Positions 8,467 to 17,143 of a stretch of 36,616 bases of DNA are shown one piece after another. Source of the stretch: Candidatus Methylomirabilota bacterium (GTDB lineage: Bacteria > Methylomirabilota > Methylomirabilia > Rokubacteriales > CSP1-6); contig JBKPAK010000254.1 in NCBI GenBank assembly GCA_046726415.1, forward strand, positions 1 to 36,616, read 5' to 3'. The number at the start of each line of letters is the position of its first letter. The stretch's first letter is position 1. The notes under the pieces are model-generated. The model saw nothing but the letters and a program-made list of their open reading frames with translations. It was not told the DNA's origin and searched no databases. The position numbers were made by a program, and so were the translations under genes.

Positions 8467-8970
8467 CTAGCAAAGACTGATGCAGATACTTATTGCCCCC
8501 AACCCCGGGGTGCCGCTGGCGCCGGTCTTGGTGATCTCGACATCGAGGTAGTAAGCATTGGCCGTGAAGTCGAAAAACGATCCGCTGGAGCACGGGGTGT
8601 TCACGAACTGAGTCTGCGCCCCAGCCGCTTGTGGAAACGCGTTGCTGTCGAAGGTCATTCTGAGGGTCGTGGCTCCCGTCTGAAGATTGACTTCCTTGAG
8701 ACGGACGACGACGCGCGCGTTCGGGCCATTGTCGGTGTACCGAACCCCCATGCCGATGCGATCGCCGCCAAACAACCCCTCCGTCGCCACGATGTTGTAG
8801 CGGATGTTCAGGGTGGTATTGCTCAGCGCGGGCCTAATGGTGACATTGTTCAGATCCAGCACCACGATGCTCGTATCGGCTTCGTCCACCGTTCCCGCCG
8901 ATCCGACGGTCGTCCAGCACCTGGTTTGGCCGACTGCCGGTGGCGTGTTGCCGAGCGCCAACGCGCCCAC
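8467..8970 (-). CDS. Hypothetical exported beta-rich protein; start uncertain
   Basis: Coding-like beta-strand-rich sequence with Cys residues; the open frame continues upstream of GTG 8970 through a signal-peptide-like stretch to about 9015. Confidence 0.6.
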   Translation of the reverse strand: MGALALGNTPPAVGQTRCWTTVGSAGTVDEADTSIVVLDLNNVTIRPALSNTTLNIRYNIVATEGLFGGDRIGMGVRYTDNGPNARVVVRLKEVNLQTGATTLRMTFDSNAFPQAAGAQTQFVNTPCSSGSFFDFTANAYYLDVEITKTGASGTPGLGAISICISLC

Positions 8971-9136
8971 GAGAGCGATCAGGGCAAGACCGGATAGGCC
9001 TGGAGTGCTTCGTTTGGTTGGATTCCTGGCAGTGTGGCCCTCGGTTTAGGTTAAGGGAGTTGGTGGAGGCGCGCGAGGTACGCCCCTGGCATGCGCGTAG
9101 AATTCAGTAGAATTCAGGGCCGTGGACGGACGTTCC

Positions 9137-10987
9137 ATGGAACGCAAGCTGGCCGCCATTCTGAGCGCCGACGTGGAAGGGTACAGCCGTCTCATGGGCG
9201 ACGACGAGGCGGCCACCGTTCGCACCCTCACCGAGTATCGGGAGGCGATCGCCTCGATCGTCGGCCGGCACGGCGGGCGGGTGGTGGACACCCCGGGCGA
9301 CAACGTGCTGGTGGAGTTTTCCAGCGTGGTCGACGCCGTTCAATGCGCCGTGGAGATCCAGCGCGAGCTCCGGTCCCGAAACGCCGCCCTTCCGGACTCC
9401 CGGCGGATGAAATTTCGCATGGGGATCAATCTGGGCGACGTGATCGTCGAGGGCCGGCGGCTCTATGGAGACGGCGTCAATATCGCCGCCCGCCTGGAGG
9501 CCCTGTCCGAGAGCGGCGGAGTCTGCCTCTCGGGCGCCGCCTACGATCAGGTGGAGGGAAAGCTTCCGCTCGGCTACGACTTCCTCGGCGAGCACACCGT
9601 CAAGAACATCGCCCGACCGGTGCGCGTGTATCGACTCCGTCTCGAGCCCGGCGCGGTACCCGCGCCTTCGCGCCCAAGACGGCGCACCGACCGACGGCTC
9701 GTGTCCAGGATCGTGGGGATGGTCGCCATCCTGATACTCCTCGGCGCCGTCGGGTGGGCTGGCTGGCGCTGGCTTAGGGGGCCGGCGTTCTCTGGGCCGG
9801 CCTTGCCCGACAAGCCATCGGTCGCCGTGCTGCCCTTCACGAACGTGAGCCAGGACCCGACCCAGGAGTACTTCAGCGACGGCGTCACCGAAGACCTGAT
9901 CACCGGTCTCTCGAAAGTCTCGGGGCTTTTCGTCATCGCCCGCAACTCCGTCTTCACCTACAAGGGCAAGGCGGTGAAGGTGGGCGAGGTGAGCCGGGAC
10001 CTTGGCGTACGCTACGTGCTCGAAGGAGGTGTGCAGCGGGCGGGCAGTCGCGTGCGGATCACCGCCCAGCTCGTGGACGCCACCACCGGATACCACATCT
10101 GGGCCGAGCGCTACGACCGGGAGGTCCGCGACATCTTCGCCCTGCAGGACGAGGTGACGCAGCAGATCATCCGAACCCTGGCCGTGAAGCTCACCGAGGC
10201 CGAGCGAGGGCGGATGGGCCGTGCGTCAACCGGCGACCCGGAAGCCTACGACCTCGTCCTCCGCGGGCAAGACGAGTACAGGCGGACGACCCGCGAGGCC
10301 AACGTCCAGGCGCGCCGGTTCTACGTCAAGGCCCTGGACCTGGATCCCGACTACGCGCGGGCCTACGTGGGGTTGAGCTGGGCTCATCTGCAGAGCTGGC
10401 AGTTCCTGTGGAGTACCGACCCGGAGGGCCTGGAGCGGGCGCGGGACCTGGCCGAGCGGGCCGTGGCGTTGGATGACACCCTGGCCAACGGTCACAGTCT
10501 CCTCGGCCAGATCTATCTGTGGAAGAAGGAGCACGACCGGGCGATCGCCGAGGCGGAGCGCGCTGTCGCGCTCGCCCCCAACGATGCCGACGGGTACGAG
10601 ACCCTTGCCGAGGTGCTCGGCTGGGCGGGCCGGGCGGAGGAGAGTATCAGGATCATCCGCCAGGCCATGCGCCTGAACCCACGCTATCCCTTCTTCTATC
10701 TGTGGACCCTGGGGCATGCCTACTACCTGACCGAGCGCCGGCCGGAGGCCCTGGACACGCTCAGCAGGATCGTGCAGCAGAACCCCAACTTCCTTCCGGC
10801 GCACGCCTATATGGCCGTGCTGTTCACCGAGATGGGCCGGGCGAAGGAAGCGCGGGAAGCGTGGGAAAAGGCGCGCCGGCTCAGCCCCGGGGCCTCCCTT
10901 TCGAATCTCAGGCAGCGCCTGCCCTACCGCCGGTCGGCCGACCTCGACCGCTTTCTCACCGCGGCGCACAAGACGGAAATGCCGTGA
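9137..10987 (+). CDS. Class III nucleotide cyclase - TM - TolB-like - TPR protein
   Basis: ERKLAAILSADVEGYS, GD, RMGINLGDV, YGDGVNIAARL; one TM helix; PDKPSVAVLPF.N...YFSDG.TEDLIT; TPR repeats. Confidence 0.92.
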   Translation: MERKLAAILSADVEGYSRLMGDDEAATVRTLTEYREAIASIVGRHGGRVVDTPGDNVLVEFSSVVDAVQCAVEIQRELRSRNAALPDSRRMKFRMGINLGDVIVEGRRLYGDGVNIAARLEALSESGGVCLSGAAYDQVEGKLPLGYDFLGEHTVKNIARPVRVYRLRLEPGAVPAPSRPRRRTDRRLVSRIVGMVAILILLGAVGWAGWRWLRGPAFSGPALPDKPSVAVLPFTNVSQDPTQEYFSDGVTEDLITGLSKVSGLFVIARNSVFTYKGKAVKVGEVSRDLGVRYVLEGGVQRAGSRVRITAQLVDATTGYHIWAERYDREVRDIFALQDEVTQQIIRTLAVKLTEAERGRMGRASTGDPEAYDLVLRGQDEYRRTTREANVQARRFYVKALDLDPDYARAYVGLSWAHLQSWQFLWSTDPEGLERARDLAERAVALDDTLANGHSLLGQIYLWKKEHDRAIAEAERAVALAPNDADGYETLAEVLGWAGRAEESIRIIRQAMRLNPRYPFFYLWTLGHAYYLTERRPEALDTLSRIVQQNPNFLPAHAYMAVLFTEMGRAKEAREAWEKARRLSPGASLSNLRQRLPYRRSADLDRFLTAAHKTEMP

Positions 10988-11060
10988 AGCCAGCGTCTCC
11001 GGCGATGAGCGCGACCCGGGGGGCGTCGCCACTCGATGAGCACCGCAGAGGACAAATGAA

Positions 11061-11417
11061 ATGGAGCTGTTCATCTTTGCGCGATTTCACGCGCGCCCCG
11101 GTCACGAGGGCGCGGTGGCCGAAGCGTTGCGAGACATCCTGGCTCCTTCGCGCGAGGAGCCGGGCTGCCTGAGCATTCACGCGTTTCGGTCGATTCGCGA
11201 GCCGCAACTGTTCTACATTCACTCGCGCTGGAAAGATGAAGCGGCGTTCGAGCATCACGCGGGCTTGCCGCATACGATACGCTTCCTGGAACGCGTGGGG
11301 CCGCTGATCGACCACCCGCTCGATGTCACCCGTGCGGAGCGAATCGGCCAGATGCCCGTCGACTCGTCTGCCAAATCGCGCGGGCGAACCCCGGCACCCG
11401 CGCATCCTCGCCACTGA
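11061..11417 (+). CDS. Antibiotic biosynthesis monooxygenase (ABM) / putative quinol monooxygenase
   Basis: SREEPGCL, W.DEAAFEHH...H motifs; size about 118 aa. Confidence 0.85.
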   Translation: MELFIFARFHARPGHEGAVAEALRDILAPSREEPGCLSIHAFRSIREPQLFYIHSRWKDEAAFEHHAGLPHTIRFLERVGPLIDHPLDVTRAERIGQMPVDSSAKSRGRTPAPAHPRH

Positions 11418-11426
11418 CGCAGTTCG

Positions 11427-11954
11427 TCAGAGGTGCTTGTAGAAGAAAGTCGTCGCGCAAGGCTCGCCGTCCGGCATCAGCGCGTACTTCGGGATCACCC
11501 CCACCCGCTGCCACCCCGCCCGTTCATAGAGCCGCTCGGCATCGCCTCCCGTCACCGTATCGAGCACCAGCACCGTCTTGCCCTCCTTGCGCGCCGCCTC
11601 GTCGATGGCGGTCATCAACCGCTGCGCGATGCCGCGCCGGCGGGCCTTTCGGTGGACCAGCATCTTGGCGATGTCGCCGCGGTGGGGCTGGTTGTCAGGC
11701 ATGGACATGATGAGCTGAACCGTCCCCACGATCTGGCCCTCGCCGTCTTCGGCGATCAGCAGCACGCGCTCGTTGCGCGCGACACCGTCGGCGACGTTGC
11801 GCCAGAAGCGCACGGCTTTCTCGCGCGACAGCGGCCGCATGAAGCTCACCGACGCGCCACCTTCGACGCAGTCGATCAGCACGTCGGCCAGGCCTTCCAC
11901 GCAGGCGGCGGCTTCGTTGCCGCACACTCGTCGCACGGTCACGTCCCCGGTCAT
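11427..11954 (-). CDS. GNAT family N-acetyltransferase (Ttr-like)
   Basis: DCV.GGASVSF, NQPHR.DIAKMLVH..ARRRGIA, LVLDT..G..AE.LY...GW; start overlaps the XRE stop (TGATG). Confidence 0.9.
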   Translation of the reverse strand: MTGDVTVRRVCGNEAAACVEGLADVLIDCVEGGASVSFMRPLSREKAVRFWRNVADGVARNERVLLIAEDGEGQIVGTVQLIMSMPDNQPHRGDIAKMLVHRKARRRGIAQRLMTAIDEAARKEGKTVLVLDTVTGGDAERLYERAGWQRVGVIPKYALMPDGEPCATTFFYKHL

Positions 11955-12541
11955 CAGGTTCTCCCCGGTGGGTTGAGGGGCTGGGTCGCCAGCGCCACGA
12001 GATAGCGGGCGGGCTTGCGGGTGGGGTTGCGGTAGACGATGGGGCCGTCCAGGCGCATCGCGAGGCAGTCGCCCCTTTTGAGGCGCCACTGCTCCCGGCC
12101 CACCGACACCTCCATCACGCCCTCGATGATCCAGACCTGCTGGTGAATCTCGACCTCGCGAGGACCGCTCTCATACGCCACGCGCTGGCCGGCGGGGAAG
12201 ACGACATCCACCAGCTGGATGGGCGACCGCGCGGCCGGCGACAGATTGCGGCGGACATAGCCGGAGGCCGGGTCGGTCCACACCGGCTGCTCGGCCAGGC
12301 GGGCCACGGGAGACGGCTCGGCGGCGGGCGACGCATCATCCTCGAAGAGGGACGCGAGCGTGACGCCCAAGCCTGCGGCGAGCTTGTCGAGCACGGCGGC
12401 CGTGGGGCTGCTCTGACCGCGCTCGATGAGCGAGATGTTGGAGCGGCTCACGCCGCTGCGCTCGGCCAGCGCGTCGAGGGTGAAGCCCTTGGCGTCGCGC
12501 AGCTCGCGGACGCGTCGGGCGAGGCGGCTGGTGATGTCCAC
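11954..12541 (-). CDS. XRE-family HTH plus cupin transcriptional regulator
   Basis: TLDALAERSGVSRSNISLIERGQSSPT HTH; C-terminal cupin (L..GDCL...Y.NP...ARYLV). Confidence 0.92.
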   Translation of the reverse strand: MDITSRLARRVRELRDAKGFTLDALAERSGVSRSNISLIERGQSSPTAAVLDKLAAGLGVTLASLFEDDASPAAEPSPVARLAEQPVWTDPASGYVRRNLSPAARSPIQLVDVVFPAGQRVAYESGPREVEIHQQVWIIEGVMEVSVGREQWRLKRGDCLAMRLDGPIVYRNPTRKPARYLVALATQPLNPPGRT

Positions 12542-12545
12542 GCCG

Positions 12546-12581
12546 TCCAGTTTACTGGAATTTTAGATCCAGTAAACTAGA
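12546..12581. promoter_or_regulatory. Twin palindromic operator flanking a -10 box upstream of the XRE gene
   Basis: TCCAGT-TT-ACTGGA (12546-12559) and TCCAGT-AA-ACTAGA (12568-12581), 22 bp apart; minus-strand TAAAAT at 12560-12565 lies between them. Confidence 0.75.
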
Positions 12582-12610
12582 TCAGCTATTTTCCCCGGCG
12601 GTCGGCTCGC

Positions 12611-13107
12611 TCACTCGTATTGCGGCGTGAGCCCTTCGTCTCCCTCGTCGGTCGCGTGACCGGCGATGACCGCGTCGAGCCTGGCGGCCAGCCCCGCGTC
12701 GAGCACAAGCAGCCGCGCATGGTCGGCGCGGGCACGGGCGAGATCGCCCAGCTGGGCGAACAGCATCCCACGGTACATATAGGCCCGGGCCAGATCGGGC
12801 TTGAGCTCCAGCGCGCGATCGTAGTGCCTCAGCGCGCGCCCGAAGTTGCCGGTGGCCTGCACGCGCAGGCTGAAGGCCAGGTTGTTGTGGGCCTCGGCGA
12901 GTCGCTCGTCGGCTGCGAGCGCTTCCTCGAACTTCTGCTGGGCCGCTGCGTAGCGCTTCTCGACCATCAGCTTCACGCCCTCGTTGTAGGCCGCCACGGC
13001 GCGCGCGCGCCGCCCTTGGGCACCGGCAGCGGATCGCTCTCCACCGCCGCCGCCGGTGCCGCGGCGACCGCCAGCAGCGCCGCGGCCGCGACCCGCGCCC
13101 AGGTCAT
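12611..13107 (-). pseudogene. Exported TPR protein, frameshifted within a (GC)6 tract
   Basis: Signal peptide MTWARVAAAALLAVAAAPAAA from ATG 13107 is in a different frame from the TPR body (AYNEGV..., AEAHNNLAFSLR, ALELKPD.ARAY.YRG); shift maps to 12999-13010. Confidence 0.75.
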
Positions 13108-13124
13108 GGCCGCCGGCCCCGGAT

Positions 13125-14753
13125 CTACTTGCCAAGCACCCGCCGCGCCTGCGCGATCTCTGGTCGCGCACTTTCCGCAGCCGCGGTCTGCTCGATGACG
13201 CGCGTGGCAAATACCGCGATCTTCTTCTTGTCGCCCGCCATCGCGGCCGCTTGCAGGGCACCAGCGACCGCGCGATAGCGGTTCGGCTCCTTGACGAGCA
13301 CCACCTCGAACTCGCGCAGCGCATCCCCGGACTTCCCGGCCTTCAACAGCACCCCGGCGAGGACCTCGCGCGCCGGCAGGATAGGACCGGGGGTCACGAC
13401 GTGCTTCTCGGTGGCATCCTCGCGATCGGCGGCCGCGCGGAGGATGGCCAGGCACTCGTCCGATTTTCCCTCGGCGCACGTAGCCAGCCCGCGCACCACC
13501 TCGGCTTGAATGTCGACCTGCTCCGCCCAGTACGCGATCTTCATACCCGTCGCGACATCGCGGAGAGCCTGCAGGCGGGCCACCTCCACCCGGGCGGCCG
13601 CCGCATCGCCGCTCATGGCTGCGCCCACCCCACGGGCGAAGGCATTGACCGCTTCCGACTGCGGGTACTTCTTCCATTGGTATGCGTCGGCGGCCGGCTC
13701 CAGCGGTAGCTTGGCCGCCTCCTGCCAGGCCGAGCGCTCGAGGGCCAGCCGGGCCGGCATCGCCGCGTAGGCATAGGCGGCGGCGATGTGGTCGGGCTTG
13801 GCCGCCACGCCGCGCGCGTGGGCGATCACCTGCTCGGCGGCGCGATCCTGACCGAGCTGCAGCATCGCGTACACCATGTAGTCGTACGCATGAGGGCTGT
13901 TGAGAGTCTTGTCGCCGTCCACCTTGGCCGAGTAGCGATTCGATTCCACCGAGTCCTTCCACTGCCCCACGCGCGTGAAGATGTGCGAGGGCATGTGCTG
14001 GGCATGGGTGGCGTCGGGCGCGATCTTCGCGTAGCGCCGCGCGGCATCCAGCCCCTGGGCGGCGATGGGCGGATAGTCGTAGCTGTGGATCAGATAGTGG
14101 GCGACCCCCGGGTGATCGGGTTGGCGCTGGAAGATCGGTTCCAGAATCTTCGCGGCGCGGAGCTGGTTGGTGTACTTCTTGTCGGTCGGATCGAAGTTCG
14201 CCGAGAGCACCAGGGCGTAGAGGATCGTGGCCTCGGTGTCCTCGGGGTAACGAGCGGCCACCCCCTGCTGGGCTTCCTCGAAGGCCTTGGCGCGCGTGCG
14301 GTGATTCAGCTTGTCCGCATCCTTGAAGAACATGGCCAGGGCCTCCACGTAGTCGCGTTCGCGCTGGCTCTTGAGCCCGGCCGCGCGCGCGGCGTCGAGT
14401 GCCGCCTGTCCGTCGGCCAGGACTTTCGGCGAGAGGCTACCCGGCCACAGGAACGGGTTATCGAGATACCCGAGCGCGCGGCCCCAGTGCGCCATGGCAC
14501 ATGTGGGATCCGCCTGGAGCACGCGGTCGAGGCTGGCCTTGAGCTGGGGCCACGCGAACGAATGATAGTACGCCATCGCGACCTCGAACTCCTTCTGCGC
14601 CGCCGCATTGCAGGACACGGGGAAGCGCACCTTGCCGAGCCGGGCCAGGCCGTGGTGGTCGTCGGACGACCAGGCGGTCGAGGGGAGCGCGATCCCCGCC
14701 GCCAGAGACAGCAAACCAATAGTGAGCGCAAAGAAGGTTCCTCGGATCTTCAT
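13125..14753 (-). CDS. Exported TPR-like all-helical hypothetical protein
   Basis: ATG 14753 after AGGAGG; signal peptide; G.V.FPVSC, DP.CAMAHWG.A, HPGVAHYLIH, HA.HMPSHIF.R.G.W motifs. Confidence 0.8.
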   Translation of the reverse strand: MKIRGTFFALTIGLLSLAAGIALPSTAWSSDDHHGLARLGKVRFPVSCNAAAQKEFEVAMAYYHSFAWPQLKASLDRVLQADPTCAMAHWGRALGYLDNPFLWPGSLSPKVLADGQAALDAARAAGLKSQRERDYVEALAMFFKDADKLNHRTRAKAFEEAQQGVAARYPEDTEATILYALVLSANFDPTDKKYTNQLRAAKILEPIFQRQPDHPGVAHYLIHSYDYPPIAAQGLDAARRYAKIAPDATHAQHMPSHIFTRVGQWKDSVESNRYSAKVDGDKTLNSPHAYDYMVYAMLQLGQDRAAEQVIAHARGVAAKPDHIAAAYAYAAMPARLALERSAWQEAAKLPLEPAADAYQWKKYPQSEAVNAFARGVGAAMSGDAAAARVEVARLQALRDVATGMKIAYWAEQVDIQAEVVRGLATCAEGKSDECLAILRAAADREDATEKHVVTPGPILPAREVLAGVLLKAGKSGDALREFEVVLVKEPNRYRAVAGALQAAAMAGDKKKIAVFATRVIEQTAAAESARPEIAQARRVLGK

Positions 14754-14876
14754 GACCAGTGCCCTCCTGTTGAGGTCAGCCGAATTTGTCATTCCGCAAG
14801 CGGCTTGGGGGTGGAACGGATCGGCAGTGTCCAAGGCAATCCCTCGAGCCGCCGAACGGTCTTGGGGCGCGCGCGG

Positions 14877-14906
14877 AGTCTATCGGCCCGCGGACAGGCG
14901 TGTCAA
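14877..14906 (-). promoter_or_regulatory. Candidate sigma70 promoter for the TPR genes
   Basis: Minus strand TTGACA-N18-TAGACT. Confidence 0.5.
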
Positions 14907-14934
14907 GCAAGGGGCTGGCGCCGCATCCAGAGTC

Positions 14935-15876
14935 CTACCGTCCGGCGAGGCGGGCCACGACGGGTGCGAAGGCGTCCACGTATGGCTCAAAGACGACGTA
15001 GTAGGAGATGTCCCAGCGCTCGCGGCGCCTCGTGAGGTCTTCGACGAGCTCGTCCACGGTCCCGATGAGCACGTAGGGGCTCTGGAGGATTTCGTCGATG
15101 CTCAGCTGCGTCCACCGGGCCGCCAGCTCCTCGGCGGCCCGGCGCCGATCGTCCGTCACGATCACCCGTTGCACGAGCGCATTGAGCTCGAGCGCGGCGT
15201 AGCGGGCGCCGGCCGCCTCGCGCACGAGCCGGAGACGCTCGTCGACGACCGCTCCCCGCCACGCCGAGAGATCCGGCTCTTTTCCGCTGCGCCGGAACGT
15301 GATCCCCGAGAGGCCGACGATATCGGCTTCCCTCGCAGCGAGGGTCAGGAGCTGGTGACCATTGCCACCGATGAGAATCGGCGGATGCGGCCGCCGGATA
15401 GGCAGTGGATGGATCGTGTGGTCCGTCACTCGATAGTACCGTCCGGCGAAGGTGACCGGCTGACCTTCGAGCAGCTTCTTGATGATGGCCACCGCCTCCC
15501 CGAGCCGCTCGACCCTGGTGCCTCCCCGATCGAAGGAGAGCCCCGCCTCGTCATACTCGGATTTCATGTGCCCGGCCCCCAGGCCGAGCTGAAGGCGACC
15601 GTCGGTCAGAAGGTCCACCGTCGCGGCCTCGCGGGCGATCAGCACAGGGTGGCGGAAGTCGTTGTTCAACACGTTGGTGCCGACCTGGAGGTGGGTCGTC
15701 GCGGCGGCGGCGGCGACGATCGCCGGGATAGGCGCGAAGATGTCGGCGAGGTGATCGGGCACGGTTAGCACGGAGTAGCCCAGATCCTCGATCTTGCGGG
15801 CCTTGTCTGCCCACTCGGCTCGCGAGCGCGCACTCCAAACGTTCACGCCGAACCGGAAGGGCTTCATGCGACTCAT
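14935..15876 (-). CDS. LLM-class, probably F420-dependent oxidoreductase (TIGR03621-like)
   Basis: KPFRFGV, E.LGYS.L..PDHL, V.NNDFRHP...AREAATVD.L.DGR..LGLGAG, P.PPILIGG, SPY.LIG motifs. Confidence 0.88.
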   Translation of the reverse strand: MSRMKPFRFGVNVWSARSRAEWADKARKIEDLGYSVLTVPDHLADIFAPIPAIVAAAAATTHLQVGTNVLNNDFRHPVLIAREAATVDLLTDGRLQLGLGAGHMKSEYDEAGLSFDRGGTRVERLGEAVAIIKKLLEGQPVTFAGRYYRVTDHTIHPLPIRRPHPPILIGGNGHQLLTLAAREADIVGLSGITFRRSGKEPDLSAWRGAVVDERLRLVREAAGARYAALELNALVQRVIVTDDRRRAAEELAARWTQLSIDEILQSPYVLIGTVDELVEDLTRRRERWDISYYVVFEPYVDAFAPVVARLAGR

Positions 15877-16066
15877 CGTGCCACGCCGGAGACGACCTCA
15901 GAAGAATAGTCGAGGGAGGCGACAGTTCCCGTGCTGCAACCAGCGCCGCCCTCCCCGTCTCGAAAGAGTGGATCAGCGGCTCGCGCTGAGGAGCGACGGC
16001 AGAAATGCCTACTATAAGGAGGTTCGAGACCCGAACCGTGACGGGGCGGAGATCTCGGACGTGTAA

Positions 16067-16450
16067 ATGACCATCTTGGAGCAGGCCAACCGCATCTACG
16101 GACAGAACCTCCTGCACCTCGGCATGGCCATGGCCTCCGCGCGATTCCCGCGCACGCGCTTCCTCCTGCTGGAACCCCCGGGCACCCGCACGCCGCTCTT
16201 CGGAGCCTCCATGAGCTTCGATGTGGCGCGCGACGCGCTCCGCTTCGGCTACAGCTCGACCAGGCAGTGGCTCGAGGTCCAGGGCGGGGAGCTCCTGCAC
16301 CATCTCTTGACTGGAGCCTCGTCCGCGACCGGCAGCTCGGACGTTTCTGCTGACGCCCGGCCCCGGTGGGGCGTGGCGCGCGGGTGGCGACAGCTCGTGC
16401 GACTCTTTGGGCAGCCTGGGCCTGCGGAGCTCGTCCACCGCTCGATCTGA
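16067..16450 (+). pseudogene. C-terminal fragment resembling a patatin-like phospholipase
   Basis: ILEQ..RI...N.LHLG......FP.....LLEP.....LF...MSF......L..GY pattern recalls patatin C-termini; no GxSxG or DGG catalytic part present. Confidence 0.4.
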
Positions 16451-16502
16451 GCTCCTCAGGCGCACCGCGAAACGCGCGCGCCTGCTTCGGTATCTAAAGA
16501 GC

Positions 16503-16733
16503 GTGATTGCCGGTGAGGTTCTCGACGGGTTAACGCAAGGCGCCGGGGTGGTGCTCTTCATCTGGGTTCTGGCGAATCAGGCCGGTGCGCCCGTTCCGGT
16601 CACCCCGTCGTTGCTCGCGGCCGGCGCCCTGGCCAATCGGGGAACACTGAGCTTCGACGTGATCCTCGCCGTCGTCGTCGGCGCGGCGCTCGCCGCGGAT
16701 CTCGTGTGGTACAGCCTCGGGCGCTGGCGCGGT
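16503..16733 (+). pseudogene. N-terminal fragment of a DedA-family membrane protein
   Basis: VLF.WVL.NQAG.PVP..P.LLAAGALA...ADLVWY.LGRWRG, then similarity stops abruptly. Confidence 0.8.
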
Positions 16734-16734
16734 G

Positions 16735-17073
16735 CCCTTCTACAGCTACAACCGGCCGGGCGCGAAGGTCTCGGAGGGTGTGCGCGAATCCTTCTGGCTC
16801 CAGGGCATGATGGCCGGCTTCCCCGCCTCATACTTCTGCATCAAGGCCTTTTCCGAGACGGATCTCACCGAGGATCTCAAGAAGATCGACGTGCCGACGC
16901 TCATCCTGCACGGGGACGATGACCAGATCGTGCCTATCGGAGCGTCGGCCATGCGTTCGTCCAAGCTGGTCAAGAACGCGACGCTCAAGGTCTACCCGGG
17001 CGCACCGCACGGCATGTGCACGACCCACAAAGACCAGGTCAACGCCGATCTGCTGGCCTTCCTCAAGACCTGA
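16735..17073 (+). pseudogene. C-terminal fragment of a non-heme chloroperoxidase-type alpha/beta hydrolase
   Basis: [13 protein letters not shown]...[38 protein letters not shown]; the catalytic Ser region is absent. Confidence 0.85.
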
Positions 17074-17143
17074 CCCGAGCACGAACTCTCAGGCCCTGAG
17101 GGGGAGGGGGCCGCGACCCTGGGACACCCATAACGCCTCGCGC

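Noticed and set aside
9087-9101. Sigma54 promoter before the cyclase (TGGCATGCGCGTAGA)
   Set aside because: The invariant -12 GC is replaced by GA
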